Origin: Octopus sinensis
Lineage: Eukaryota
Reading direction: 5' to 3'
Length of the DNA: 64,000 nucleotides
Assembly: GCF_006345805.1 (NCBI RefSeq)
Contig: NW_021835954.1
Span: 216,549 to 280,548 of the forward strand
Part shown: positions 49,741 to 64,000 of the stretch, piece after piece
How the letters are laid out: every line of letters begins with the position of its first letter
How positions within the stretch are numbered: the stretch's first letter is position 1
The notes under the pieces: generated by a model
The model's database searches: none
The model's input: the letters and a program-made list of their open reading frames with translations, nothing else
Told to the model about the DNA's origin: nothing
Position numbers and translations under genes: made by a program

Positions 49741-50631
49741 CTCTCGAAGCACATATAAAGCACTAAATAATATCATGTAAATATTGAGTTGAAAACCCCC
49801 TTTCGGATAGAAAAGTCAATGGCTGTATTCTAGGGTTTCTTCGAATTTCTTCTTCATTTTAGAAATGTTATTCTTACTGGCGATAATTGTATGTAGCTGA
49901 CGTCATGAGAATTTCATAAATATTCGAGAGATGCAGGTTCAAGTCCCATGGACAGCCTTCTTTTTTCTCTCCAACGTGGTTTTTCAACCTCATATTTCCA
50001 CCATGCTGATTTATAGGTTAAGTGTGCTTTGAGAACCATTAATTAAAAGAAAAAAGAAACGAAGAACGAAAGTTTACAAAATTCTTACGTCATCACACAC
50101 ACACACACACACACAAACATACACACGCATATACGTATATGTATGTATGTATGTGTGTGTATATATATGTTCGTACATTCTCCATGCATATTGCATATAT
50201 GTCCGTATGTATTATAATAATGATCCTAACAATTATTATAATGCAGCAGGAAGTTGTCGACAATTGCTCCTCTGGGACACCGTTTCAGTGTTTAGCTCGT
50301 TGGTTAATGTTCTTGGGAATGGTAGAAACATTAACCGTAACACAGATCAAGACCCAGCCACTCGCCCTAACCATCACGTACAGCCATTGCTCAATACATC
50401 CTGTTTACGAAATGATAACATTTCTAGTTTATTAACAGGGCCTCAGATTAATAGGGAGACATAAAAATCGCTTAAATAGACTCTGAGGGTTGGATTACTG
50501 GTTTATTTCATCCCCCAGAAGGGGATAGGAAGCCAGGAGGACTTCGGCAGGATTTGAGCTCAGAACAGACAGGGGCGAAACTAAAGGCATTTTATCTAAC
50601 ATACCACTGGTTCTACCATCTACCTATCGTA

Positions 50632-50671
<40 letters not shown>

Positions 50672-50748
50672 GTTGCGGCTACTATTACTACTTTTGTTGT
50701 TACTACTACTACTACTGTTGCTGCTACTATTACTACTTTTGTTGTTGT

Positions 50749-50795
<47 letters not shown>

Positions 50796-50809
50796 TTATT
50801 ATTATGTGT

Positions 50810-51070
50810 TTTTTTTTATAGCGTGCTTTCACTCACTACCGAGCGCAGCTCTGTGTGCCTTGGGTATGTGCTGTGTTTGTTTGTGATGCTCTTATGGTTA
50901 CTGTACAGAAAGTGTTTTGTGTAGGATGTGTGCAGTGCCTAGTAGTGCAATTTTCTGTATGTTATATGTGTTTGTAAGTCCTGGTGTTTTTGTTATGTAT
51001 TGTCTGAATATTTTTTTATCATGCCTAATGCACCTACTATGATAGGAATTGTTTCTGTTTTTAGATTCCA
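50810..51070 (-). mobile_element. Short 3' fragment of the first R4/Dong-like family, flanked by (TAC/TAT)n and (ATT)n
   Basis: Near-identical to 10610-10870 (3' UTR plus WNLKTETIPIIVGALGMIKKY...). Confidence 0.88.
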
Positions 51071-51113
<43 letters not shown>

Positions 51114-52869
51114 TCGTCATATCAGTGTTCCAGTCCTAATAATCAGTATTTCTTTTTAATTAAGAATTAATATATAGAGAGATTACATTATCCAATATGT
51201 TTCCTCTTTTTTTAATGACTGTCGATCTTGAATAAACTTTGTCTTCTATTTTGGGCTCGAGAGTACCCGCATAGATATTCCCTCGCTGGCATCTTCAACA
51301 AGATGTCTGTACAACCAAACTTAACATGAAAAGGAAAAATAAATAAATTTAAAACTGGTATTTTTTTAAAACACTTATCTAGAAAACTAGTTTGCCTCTC
51401 CATTAAGAAACATCTGGATAGAGTTAGCTAGGTTTGAGAAAATAAACAATATTTTTACTTCCTCTTTTTTTTTTTTGCCTTTTCTTCCCCAACAATGGCT
51501 GTCTATGTTCAAGAGGAAACACTCTATCCAACAATCAGTTTATTTCTGTAAGAATTTTCGTTGATAATTGTTGATTTGTCTTTATTGGTGGACATCAATT
51601 ACACTTAACCTACGTATTTTGACTACACATGTTTACATTCATGTTTGTAAGTGTTTTAACTAATAACATGTTAACAGTGTGTATCCCGAGGACCATGGAT
51701 GACTTCGACTTCCGCTAAAAACAAAAGAAAAAGAAGCGCCACTCGCAGCCGACCATCTGAGTTGTAAGACGCGTAAGCGGCCTCTCAAGAGTTCAGTTTG
51801 CTTTCGTTATGATACAAGTTTGTAGGAATCGATTACAAGTTCTACGTTATGTTTGGAGCAAGAAATGCGAAAAAACCAACCACACGTATTCTCTCTCTGA
51901 TCAGTGAGACCCTGAAGTTAGTGGTTTAGTGTGGTGGTTAGGCACATTGGATAAGGACTTCTTGCTTGGGGTACACCTTTTCATTTCGCTTCATATTTGT
52001 TGTGATGATTTGATCTTTTCTGTAGAACTTGTTGCTTTTGCCCAGCAAGGCTTATCGTCTTCCCATATGTTATTTTTCTGAATTTGCGTTTTGATATCGA
52101 CCATAACCCATTTCAGTTATTTCTTTTGTGTCCCAAAGTACCGCATGCTATTTGAACACACTCATTTTACCGTTTTCTCGTTTTTTAAATCAATGTCGAA
52201 TTTTTACATTAAATCCCAGAATATTTTCGTTTACATATCTGTAAACTTGTCATACAATTATTTTAATTCGACTGTGTTTCTTACTATATATTTACCAACT
52301 CAAGGCACAGAGGAAACAGCATCATTTTTCGAACCTATTACATAACTGTAAACTGCAACTTACTTCAAAGGAAATGAGATTTTAAGGATATTGCTGCTTT
52401 CTCATTCTACTGCCAATAGACCAATAAAGTCTTGCATTTTATTACAGAATTTCCTTTCTGAAATAACATCCATTTCAGACATCCGCTTCTATTCCGCTTC
52501 GCTTCTTTTTATTTGACAAATTCGGAGTCTGATGATATTTTGATAAACTATTTCGTTTAGGAGATTAGAAACAAGCAACCCCCCTCGGGGAATTCCTCCT
52601 TGCTACAATATAGTCCCCAATTATATTTCATTTGTTTTCATTTTCATGTGTTTCTGGATCTCCCCAACCCCCGCCTCGATTTGCCAAAAGACGAGGAATT
52701 ATTCTCTGTATAGTAGTTCGACTTGTTACAAATAGCAGACAAAGACTCCTTAAATCACATTCTGTGTTTTCTAGGAGCCCCGCAAAACAGGACAGAATGG
52801 ACAAAGTTGCTGTAAATATACTTAAAGACGGTTCTACCACGGTTGAAATTCTTTGTAGAGCAGACCATA

Positions 52870-53280
52870 GGCGCAGGAGTGGCTGTGTGTTAACCAACCA
52901 CATAGTTCCGGGTTCAGTCCCACTGCGTGGCATCTTGGACAAGTGTCTTCTGCTATAGCCCCGGGCCGACCAATACCTTGTAAGTGGATTTGGCAGACGG
53001 AAACTGAAAGAAGCCTGTCGTTTATATGTATATATATATAGATATATATATGTATGTGTGTGTGTGTTTGTGTGTCTGTGTTTGTCCCTCTGGCATTGCT
53101 TGACAACCGATGCTGGTGGGTTTACGTCCCCGTCACCTAGCGGTTTGGCAAAAGAGACCGATAGAATAAGTACTGGGCTTACAAAGAATAAGTCCCAGGG
53201 TCGATTTGCTCGACTAAAGGTGGTGCTCCAGCATGGCCGCAGTCAAATGACTGAAACAAGTAAAAGAGTAAAAGAGTAAC
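52870..53280 (+). mobile_element. Near full-length SINE family C with internal microsatellite
   Basis: GGCGCAGGAGTGGCTGTGTG head, CORE-like segment, and CAGCATGGCCGCAGTCAAATGACTGAAACAAGTAAAAGAGT tail. Further copies at about 43205-43345, 44020-44200, 48750-49115, 58160-58360, 58740-58885, 59875-60250 and 61510-61690. Confidence 0.85.
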
Positions 53281-53926
53281 AACAGCAACAACATCAACAA
53301 CAACATCAACAACAATAGCAGCAGCGGTCGCAGCAGCAGCAACTGTAGTAACAACATTGAATACACAAGTATTGTTATCCTTTTACTTGCTTCAGTCATT
53401 GAACTGCGGTCATGCTGGAGCACCGTCTTGGAAGATTCAGTCGAACAAATCCACTCTGGTACTAATTTTTAAAAACCTGGTACTTATTCTCGCTACACTT
53501 TTACCGAATCGCGATGTTACCGGAATTGGAACAAACCAACAATGGCTTGAATAAAGAGACATACAGAATGAGTACCGAACTTAAATAAAGTATTTACTAG
53601 TCTCGATCAGTTCGTCTAATCCTTCAAGGCGGCGCCCCAGCTTGGCCGTAGTCCAATGACTGAAACAAGTAAAAGGAATATATGTACACGGAGAAGGAAA
53701 ACAAGAAATAAACATGGAAATGCTTTTATCAGCCATGGGAACTAGAATCAGCAGAGTTTCGGCGAGTTTAAAATGCGAGGACTTTAAATTCCGTATTACT
53801 GCTCTGGTTGCGATAATGACATGTGATGGTAATACTGAATATCAGTGAGGCGATGGAAGTACAAGGACTAAATGTAGCGGGTAGAGACAAACAACTGGAA
53901 CGGAAAACAGCGGGTAGTTACGAGTA

Positions 53927-53965
<39 letters not shown>

Positions 53966-54341
53966 ACACACACACACACACACCACACACACATACACAC
54001 ACACAAACCCATTTTCTAGTATTTTTCTACATCGTCATTTGGTTATAGAGATCTTATTGTCAGCGAACAATGGCGTATCAAAATTCACTGTAAAATACAT
54101 ATAACAGTAGTTTCGTAGTTTCAAACACGTGACGAGGGTATTTTTTGTTGCTATTTGAGTGTAATATTATTTGCATGCAACATACTCTGAGCTTATTTCT
54201 GGGCAACATTTTAAAGTACTTCCGTTTAGTGAACTACTTACCACACTGTTCTAGTAAAATGACCTCTTAAAGGTCAGTGTGTTCGGACGGAAGAAAGTAT
54301 TTGTTGTTGTGTTATGAAACGAAAGAGGAAATATTCAGTCT

Positions 54342-54369
<28 letters not shown>

Positions 54370-54379
<10 letters not shown>

Positions 54380-54522
54380 TGCATATATAATACACACAAC
54401 ACACATTTATATATGTATATATGCGCGTGTGCATCTGTCTAACTATATATATACATATACACATGGGTATTATCTGGCAGTTGATTATTGATTAAAGTGC
54501 ATTCCTCCATTTTCTTATTTTG

Positions 54523-54569
<47 letters not shown>

Positions 54570-54760
54570 TATATATATAGACATGCATATATAATACACA
54601 CAACACACATTTATATATGTATATATGCGCGTGTGCATCTGTCTAACTATATATATACATATACACATGGGTATTATCTGGCAGTTGATTATTGATTAAA
54701 GTGCATTCCTCCATTTTCTTATTTTGTATATGTATATGTATATATATATTATATATATAT
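54370..54760. repeat. Essentially perfect ~200-bp tandem duplication bounded by (TA)n
   Basis: GACATGCATATATAATACACACAAC...GTGCATTCCTCCATTTTCTTATTTTG occurs twice. Confidence 0.85.
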
Positions 54761-54908
54761 ATATATTATATATATATATATATATACACGCAAACAGATA
54801 TATATAGATACAAATATTTTTCCATACACACACGCAAATAGATACATACACACACACATAAACATACACACACACACATAAACATACACACACACACACA
54901 CACACCAC

Positions 54909-54943
<35 letters not shown>

Positions 54944-55559
54944 CCTAGCAGATATACCCGGCGTTGCCCGGTTACATTCAATTGAAGAATTAGACTTTTC
55001 TGTTATATTTTCTCTAATGAACTAGAATATCTATGTTTCGAATTTCATCAAAATTGCAGATGAGGGTTATTTCCCTCTTTACACACCCTAAAAAAATTGT
55101 AATCGTGCCACATATATCCCATACTACTGATTTTTATGTGCATATTCCTAAATTCCAGTCTCATCGAACCCGTTAAAAAGATTTTGCTCCTGAAAAATGA
55201 AGGTCATGGAGCTCTAAAATGTGAGAGTTAAGGCCCCTGTTGGGGGTGGGCATCTTAATGTCAACCAGAGAAGTTGAATTGTTGAGAATCTTTTTAACTT
55301 GGGTCTTATATCTATTGTTTGAATTTCTTTGAAATAGGAAATATATGTTCACTGGGTTTGTAAAAGAGGGCAAAGCTACAGTAAACCAAAAGACGAATGA
55401 TTACAATAAGCAGTTAGCTACCCTACCCTAGTCGTTACCACTCCCAATGTAGGATTCCTCACCATCCAGGTGACAGCCACAGCCGTAAGAGTGATTCTTC
55501 TACACGAAGAACCCTGAAAGGCAAGAAATAAAACCCAACTGACTGCCAGACCTGTACAG

Positions 55560-57090
55560 ATAGGTATTGACCGGAAACCTGTCAGAGTATCCAGTCAGCT
55601 GCTGACAGTGGCGACACCCGTGGGATGTATGCCGGTTTGAAGAAGGCCCTCGGTCCATCCGCAACCAAGTCAGCCCCTTTGAAATCAACTACGGGAGATC
55701 TCATCAAGGACCAAAGCAAGCAAATGGATAGATGGGTGGAGTACTACCAGCATCTGTATTCACGGGGGACCACGGTAGCTGAGGCTGCAATCGAGGGTGT
55801 CAAGATCTTGCCAGTCATGTGTGAAGTTGACAGTCTGCCATCTATAGCAGAGCTCACCAATGCTATTGACTCCCTAGCAAGTAACAAGTCTCAGGGAAAA
55901 GACGACATCCCATTAGAGATCATCAAAACCGGCAAAAACACTATCCTGCTTCGACACATTCATAAGCTTCTGTGTCAGTGCTGGGAAAAGGGTACAGTCC
56001 CTCAGGATATGCGGGATGCTAACATCATTACGCTTTACAAAAACAAAGGTGACCGTGGTGATTGTAACAATTACCGTGGAATATCTCTTCTAAGCACTGT
56101 TGGAAAAGCCTTTGCTCGCGTTAACCTGTCCAGGCTGCAACTGCTTGCTTCTCGAATTTATCCAGAATCGCAGTGTGGCTTTAGAAAAAGCAGATCAACT
56201 ATTGACATGATATTCTTCTTACTTCGGGAGAAGTCCAGAGAGCAGAAAATACCATTATATATGGCCTTCATTGATCTGACAGAGGCCTTTGACTTGGTAA
56301 GTAGAAAAGACCTCTTCATCCTGCTCCAAAAAATTGGATGTCCACCAAAGCTGCTGAGGATCATCAAATCTTTCCATGATGATATGCAAGGTACCATACA
56401 GCACAATGGTTCAACATCAGCCGCCTTCCAAATAAAAAATAGGGTAAAGCAAGGCTGTGTCCTTGCTCCTACATTACTTGGCATCTTCTCGCTGCTGCTG
56501 TCACATGCCTTTGTGACATCAGATGGTGGAGTGTTTCTGCACAGTAGAAGGGATGGGAAACTGTTCAATCTCTCGCGTCTGCGTGCCAAGACCAAAATCA
56601 GAAGCGTCCTGATCAAGGAGATGCTATTTGCTGATGATGCCGCTCTGGTATCACACACAAAAGAAGCCCTACAAAGGCTCATAAACTGTTTTGAGCAAGC
56701 ATGTGGAAACTTTGGCTTAGTTATCTGCTTCTAGAAGACCAACATCATGGGTCAGGCTACATCGACCATCCCAAACATACATATTGGAGACCACAGATTA
56801 CAAGAGGTGAAGAAGTTTACCTATCTTGGCACTACCGTCACCTACAACCTATCCCCTGATACTGAGCTCAATATACGCATTGGTAAGGCAGCTGCTGTGA
56901 TGGCTAAACTCTCCAAACGGGCATGGGACAACAATAAGCTGACCAAGACCACAAAAATGAAGATTTACCAGGCATGTGTACTTAGCACTCTACTGTATGG
57001 AAGTGAGACTTGGACGCCATACACACGCCAAGAGCGTCGCCTAAATATCTTTCACCAGCGCTGCCTCCGGAAAATCCTTGGCATCAATGG
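55560..57090 (+). mobile_element. RTE/BovB-like LINE RT fragment, one in-frame stop
   Basis: ORFs 55625-56734 and 56747 onward are in frame across a TAG. Motifs MRDANIITLYKNKGDR..CNNYRGISLLS, PESQCGFR, AFIDLT.AFD, VKQGCVLAP, LFADDAAL and LLYGSETW. Confidence 0.9.
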
Positions 57091-57205
57091 CAGAATCATG
57101 TCCCCAATATATATATATGTATGTATATATATATATGTATTTCTCTTATTCTCTTACTTGTTTCAGTCGTTTGACTGAGGCCATGCTGGAGCACCGCCTA
57201 TATAT

Positions 57206-57255
<50 letters not shown>

Positions 57256-59113
57256 AATATATGTATATATATATATATACACACACACATACACATACTC
57301 ACGCACACATTCTTACACACGAATAGCTTGGTTATGGTTAATCCATTTTAACGGAAGTTTGATATTACAAACGATTCTCACAAACAATTCAAGGAATTTT
57401 CTCTCTTTTATATTCAAAACACTCGAATAAAAGTTGAATAGAATTCCTCTTCAGAATAGATTTAAACAACAACAACAACAACAATAACAACAACGAAACC
57501 AGCAGAATAAACCCCCGAGTTGACCTTGAAGTTGTTATATTTTTCGAACAAGTACATACTCAGATCAGATCGTATTATTCTCCATCTCCGTATTTTCCCC
57601 TATTAAGTTTCTGTAATCTTTTAAAACGATCTATAACATGTCCACAAAAGCCTGTTTCTTATTCGAGATTTTATCTGTCACTAGCATCTTATGTACGGCT
57701 TGCTCCATCTCAATTACGCTTCTTCAGTAGCTTAGCTAATTAGTTTAATACAGTTTTCCAGTCTAATGAACAAGAGATAAAGATGTCCTAGTATTAGATT
57801 TCAATTATTTGCTTTCAAACTCCCAAACGCTAATAAAATATAAACACCAATTATGGAGCTTCTACGAGGTCGTAGACCACGCTTGCTAGAAAACGCAGCT
57901 AGATCTCCCTCAAACACACTGGATAATGCAGTCCCACATATGCTTTTTACCTTTTCTTGTTTCAATCATTGGATTGCGGCAATGCTGAGGTGCTACTTTG
58001 AAGGGTTTGTCCAGTGACGGTAGACATGGGGTTAAAGGGACAAGTAAACACACGAACCAATTTCTTATCATATCTCTTGTCTTGGAATCACACCATCTGT
58101 CGAAGACTGTTTAGAAAGTATTCCTTCGCTAATTGATCTGGAATGTTCCAGTGTAGAAACCAATTTTAATTTTTTGCTTGTTTCAGTCATTATACTGCGG
58201 CCACGCTGGGGCACTGTCTTAAAGGCTTTAGTCGAAAAAATCGACTCTAGTAATTATTCTAGTAATTAAGTCTGGTGGTTATTCCGTCTGTTTTTTTTAC
58301 CGAAACGCAAGGCTAGAGGGATGTAAACACACCGACGCCGGTTGTCAAGCAGTGGTGGGAAACAAACGCAAACACAAAGATATACATGCATATACACTCA
58401 CCTACCTACCTACCTACCTATCTACCTACCTACCTACTTACCTGCCTACCTACCTACCTACCTACCTACCCAAGGGAGGGAGGCCTGAGGGGCACGTGCC
58501 TCCTCCCTCAAGAAATGAAGTGCACCCTTCTAAATAATGCTATTAAGCCCTTTTCTCCCGGAATTGTATTCCCTTCTGACCTTGTGCCCCCGCTTCGAAA
58601 AATTCCTGGGACCGGCCCCACTACCTACCTACCTACCTACCTACCTACATACATACATACATACATACATACATACATAAATATATGTATGTGTGTGTGT
58701 ATGCACACACACACACACGCACACACGCGTATATGACGGTCTTCCACACAGGTTCCATCTACCAAATCTATTCATAAGGCACTGGTCGTTCCAGAGCAAC
58801 TGTAGAAGTCATCCAAGGTGGTGCGCAGTGGAATTGAACCTAGAACCACATGGTTGCAAAGCGAGCTTCTTCAGTACACAGCCATATAATGAATGTGAAA
58901 TAAAGTGAACTAAACTGGGAGCTTCCAAGCGGTTGCTTGATATACTAGAAATAACAGCCACATCGCCCGCAAATCAGCCCTTGTTTATTGTGTTAGAAAG
59001 GAAGGACACGTTACGCAATGCACTCCAGCATTTTACAGAACACGAGCGACGCCAAACGACGAAACATTCGCCAATTTCACAATGTTGCATCACCACTTCC
59101 AGCAGTAAACTCG

Positions 59114-59167
<54 letters not shown>

Positions 59168-59226
59168 ACTACTACTACTATTACTACTACTACTACTGCT
59201 ACTATTACTACTACTGCTGCTACTAT

Positions 59227-59274
<48 letters not shown>

Positions 59275-59827
59275 CTATTTCTTTACTACCCACAAGGGGC
59301 GAAACATAGAGAGGACAAGCAAGGACATACAAACGGATTAAGCCGATTATATCGACCCCAGTATGCAACTGGTACTTAATTTATCGACCCCGAAAGGATG
59401 AAAGGTAAAGTCGACCTCGGCGGAATTTGAACTCAGAGCATAAAGACAAACGAAATACGGCTTCGCATTTCGCCCGGCGTGCTAACGTTTCTGCCAGCTC
59501 GCCGCCTTTCTGCTACTACCACCACCACCACCACCACCAGCATGACTACTTTGCATATAGTGTGTGTGTAATGTGTAATGTGTGTGTGTAATGTGTAATG
59601 TGTGTGTGTGTGCGCGCGCAAGTTGTACCTATATTTACATGGTTGTGGATGAACTGTTAAAGCCATTTCCATTTATAGAATATTTAATAAACATAGATTT
59701 AGCCTCGTTTTAGAATCAGACCCTCTCGTCGTTAAAAGTGCAGACAGCATTCTAGAACAAACCGAAGAGCGACTAGAACCAATTTCTCTTGGCCATTATC
59801 TGTCCATCTACCTGTCGATCGATCTAT

Positions 59828-59877
<50 letters not shown>

Positions 59878-59991
59878 CTTTTGCCGAACCGCTAAGTTAC
59901 AGGGAAGTAAACACACCACCATCGGTTGTCAAGCGATGTTGGGGGGACAAACACAGACACACATACATACATACATACATACATACTACAC

Positions 59992-60064
<73 letters not shown>

Positions 60065-60662
60065 AATATATATATATAATATATATATATATTATATATA
60101 ATATATATACGACGAGCTTCCTTCAGTTTCCGTCTACCAAATCCACTCACAAGGCCTTTGTCGGCGCAAGGCTATAGTAAAAGACACTTGCCCAAGGTGC
60201 ACGCAGAGGGAATGAACCCGGAACCATGTGATTCGTAAGCAAGCTACTTTATTTCCTAAAAATTTGCCATAAAGCATTACAAAGAGTAGCTGCGGGCTGA
60301 CATATACATTGATGAGGTGAATGATGAAAAAAGATGGTATTGATGAGAGAAGGCAAAAAACGCCCACCGATTTTCTTCTTCTATAAAACATTGTTCTTTT
60401 TTTTTTTAACAGAATAAACAAAGCGAGGTATTGAACCTCTCACAACGGTTTTTACAGTTTTTGGACTTAATAGTCCATTACACATATTAACATGCAAAAA
60501 ATATTCAATATACAATCAACACTTGTCCATTTACACATGAGGCGCTGGGCCTCTTACACTTTATAACACTGAGGCTTTTCAACCTCTTGTCAATTTTCCA
60601 CCTCAACGAGGTATTGAACATCTTACTACAGTCCTTACAATTACTGAACTTAATAGTCAATA

Positions 60663-61093
60663 TTTTATCGATCTCGATTGGCGAACCGCTAAGTCATTTT
60701 ATCAATTTCCTTTGCTGAACCGCCAGGTAAATTTTATCGATCATATTTGGCGAACCGCAAGGTTATTTTAACGATCACGTTTGACGAACTAAGTTATTTT
60801 ATAGCTCACAATTGGCGAACTGCTAGGTTATTTTATCGATCCCTTTGGCGAACCGCTAAGTTATTTTATCGATCTCGATTGGCGAACCGCTAAGTCATTT
60901 TATCGATCTCCTTTGCTGAACCGCTAGATAAGTTTTATCGATCACGTTTGGCGAACCGCTAAGTTATTTTATCGATTTCCTTTGCCGAACCGCTATGTTA
61001 TTTTTTCGACCTCGATTGGCGAACCGTTAAGTCATTTTATCGATCTCCATTGGCGAATCGCTATGTTATTTTATCGATCATGATTGGCGAACC
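60663..61093. repeat. Second array of the 34-bp minisatellite (~13 units)
   Basis: TTTTATCGATCTCGATTGGCGAACCGCTAAGT(C/T)A, in the same orientation as 7925-8930. Confidence 0.9.
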
Positions 61094-61170
61094 AACGGAA
61101 AAAGCCTCAAGGGGACAGGTACGTAAAATTGTTTGGTAAGTTTGGGAACCACTGCTGTACATACATATGT

Positions 61171-61214
<44 letters not shown>

Positions 61215-61454
61215 TATATATATATATATATTATTATATATATATATATATATATTGAAAGGTACGATGAATAAACGCTCCAGTCGGTGAAAACAACTTT
61301 ATATCGTCTCAAATTATCATAAATCGAATAGAAATATATATTAAAACAACAGGGCACCCAATGGTAAAACACAACACTATAAAATATACACATATACACG
61401 AATAAAAGATGATAACATATGGATGGATATATATGTGTGTGTGTGTGTGTGTGA

Positions 61455-61492
<38 letters not shown>

Positions 61493-61908
61493 TTGCATGT
61501 GTGTGTCTGTGTTTCTTTGTGTCTTTGTCCCCTACCACCGCTTGGCAACCAACGTTGAGTGAGTTCACGTCCCTGTAACTTAGTCTTGTTCTCATTCTAT
61601 CGAAAGAAATAAGTACTGGGCTCGATTCGTTCGATGAAAATTCCCAAGGCAGTGCCCCAGCATGGCCGCAATCCAAATGGTTAATGCAAATTAAAGGCGA
61701 TAGAAAGCTATGCCGGGCACACAGCACAAAACGTCTCCAATGATATGCAACCGGTCAATGCTCCGACCGTCAAATCAACACTGCGGCGCCGTGAGCTGCA
61801 GTTGCGATTCCTCCGTTTCTATGGCACGCTCCTTACAAAGATTGACCTTGCATCATGGAATGATTAGTTTGTCAATCGATAGAGTTGATTGATTCACCGT
61901 CAAATATA

Positions 61909-61946
<38 letters not shown>

Positions 61947-62080
61947 ATGCTGTGAAATACATTACGCATGGGTTTTTCGTTGTCATTCTTCCTTAGTATA
62001 GGAGTGTGTGTGGGGGGTTCTTTGTCTCCCTCCCTCCCTCCCTCTTTATCTGTCTTTCTCTGTCTTTTTCTGTCTTTCTG

Positions 62081-62116
<36 letters not shown>

Positions 62117-62173
62117 ATTCAGTGCCTGTAGGCTTACGTATTTATGGGAGTGCGTGTCGGTATGTGTGTGTGT

Positions 62174-62249
<76 letters not shown>

Positions 62250-62484
62250 CGTGTGTGTAGTGTATGCGTATGAAGGTTTAAAAATCCCTTGCTTCATAGA
62301 TTAAATTTCATAGCATCTCCCTGCAACACTCCTCCATACATTCACACACACAATTCAGAGCTAAGATTTGTTTATACATAACATTACTGAACGGCATAGA
62401 ATCATAAATAATAATTCGAGAGCCAATATAGAGGATTACAAAAATGGTGAGCCTATAGAGGATTACTCCACTCACTAGAAATAG

Positions 62485-62691
62485 CAGCTGGATTCTTTGG
62501 CTACACTCCGTCCCATTAAAAAAAAGAGTGCTCGATACACTATACCTGAAGAAGGAAGCCATATCATCACGGACGTAACCCCTTTGGTCATAGAGCCACG
62601 CTACAATAACAACAATCATGTTTTGCCTATGGACCCCTACGATTCCTGTTTTGCTCAGTTGGACCCACATAAACCATTCGATGTATATTAA
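62485..62691 (+). other. Possible terminal coding exon, unidentified
   Basis: Non-repetitive open frame ending ...DPYDSCFAQLDPHKPFDVY*, preceded by TAGCAG. The polypyrimidine tract is weak and I recognise no homology. Confidence 0.2.
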
Positions 62692-63029
62692 AAAATCCCA
62701 CTGTGTTTTTATGATTAAATATTATTTGGAGTTATATAACATGAATTGAATTATTTTGCGCACTGTCGGAGTATATTCAATTTCCTGTAGATAAAGTTTA
62801 ATAGCAAAATCTTGTATGAATCCCCAAGGGTCATGTGGGCCCTGGTTGAAAGTTATGTATCTATGGCTATGTAAGTATGGATGGATGTTTGTATGTATGT
62901 ATGGATGGATGGATGGATGTTTGTATGTGTGTGCATATTATTATTCAATTTTATTTCTCAATTTCTCGCCAATAGAAAAAGAACTGGTTTCTGACCCAAT
63001 TCCATGGTTCCTTCATTGGAACTTTAAAC

Positions 63030-63320
63030 AACATCAACAAAGTACTTGTGCATATGGGCATGGGCGACCAGCAGTCACCCATGCATACCGGTCTCCCCTC
63101 TCCCCGCCACCAGTGTTATCCAAGGAAAAGGCAAAAGGGGCCGATACAGCTTGGCACCTGTGACGTTGCAACTCATTTCTACAGCTGAGTGAACTGGAGC
63201 AACGTGAAATAAAGTGTCTTGCTCAAGAACACAACATGCAGCCCGGTCCGGGATTCAAACTCACAACCTCACGATCGTAAGCTCGTCGCTCTAACCACTG
63301 AGCCATGCGCCTTCACATAT
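63030..63320 (-). mobile_element. tRNA-derived SINE family D
   Basis: Head GAAGGCGCATGGCTCAGTGGTTAGAGCG...GAGTTTGAATCCCGG and GTGTTCTTGAGCAAGACACTTT domain. Confidence 0.75.
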
Positions 63321-63352
63321 ATATGTATATGTGTTTTATATTTATATATATA

Positions 63353-63383
<31 letters not shown>

Positions 63384-63435
63384 ATATTATATATATATAA
63401 TATTATATATATATTATTAATATATATATATAATA

Positions 63436-63527
<92 letters not shown>

Positions 63528-64000
63528 ATATAATATATACGTATATGCATAGATGTATACATACAACTATTCTTTTTTTGTGCAAAGATAATAGAAATAA
63601 ATGTCACCAATTTACTGAAACGTATTGACTGATCTTTAAATTTATTTACGTGTTAAGCTGCATAAAAAACAGGTATACACCGAATCATACACGCACATAT
63701 ATGAATATGTGTGTGCGTGTGTGTTTGTGTGTGAATGTGTATGTGTATATATATGTATGTATGTATATATGTATGTATGTATAATACACAAAAGGAATAA
63801 AACTGGAAATTCGATTGCAAAAAACATTTTTACATCATAAATTGCAACAGTTCACATGTGTTTCAGTCGTCCGCAGTTACATAAGACGGTTACATAATCA
63901 CCCTGTATACCAGATCATCAGAAGACTGCTATAATTTACTCCAATGCTGGCTACCGATGTTAGTTAGTAGGCAGATACAAAGTGTGAACTGTGAATTGAA

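Noticed and set aside
57540-57800. Possible degraded coding sequence on the minus strand (…EMEQAVHKMLVTDKISNKKQAFVDML*)
   Set aside because: Short, interrupted by stops, and no family recognised.
63860-63930. CTGATGA...GAAAC on the minus strand
   Set aside because: No closed stem II, the site would be GUG, and stem I is weak.

Overview
Eukaryotic, AT-rich, repeat-dominated window with no gene I can identify by name. The SINE families and microsatellite density suggest an octopus or other cephalopod; this comes from recalled repeat families, not a database search. Most ORF-track entries are artefacts of (TA)n, (CA)n, (ATT)n, (CTAT)n and minisatellites. Supported content: (i) three abutting satellite arrays (about 73, 34 and 23 bp units) at 6.5-9.3 kb, with the 23-bp array resuming at 18.2-21.9 kb; (ii) a 9-kb interruption of that array made of (ATT)n, a long R4/Dong-like RT plus restriction-like-endonuclease element, and locally amplified identically truncated fragments; (iii) two related L1/Tx1-like 3' fragments ending in different microsatellites; (iv) RTE-like, Tc1, mariner, hAT, MITE and Helitron-like remnants and many tRNA-derived SINEs; (v) a 78-bp-unit array encoding a disrupted Glu/Lys-rich reading frame; (vi) four minimal type I hammerhead-ribozyme-like folds with non-canonical cores, two of them 224 nt apart; (vii) several long inverted repeats. 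The hammerhead-like set and the microsatellite-anchored retroelements are the most interesting leads.
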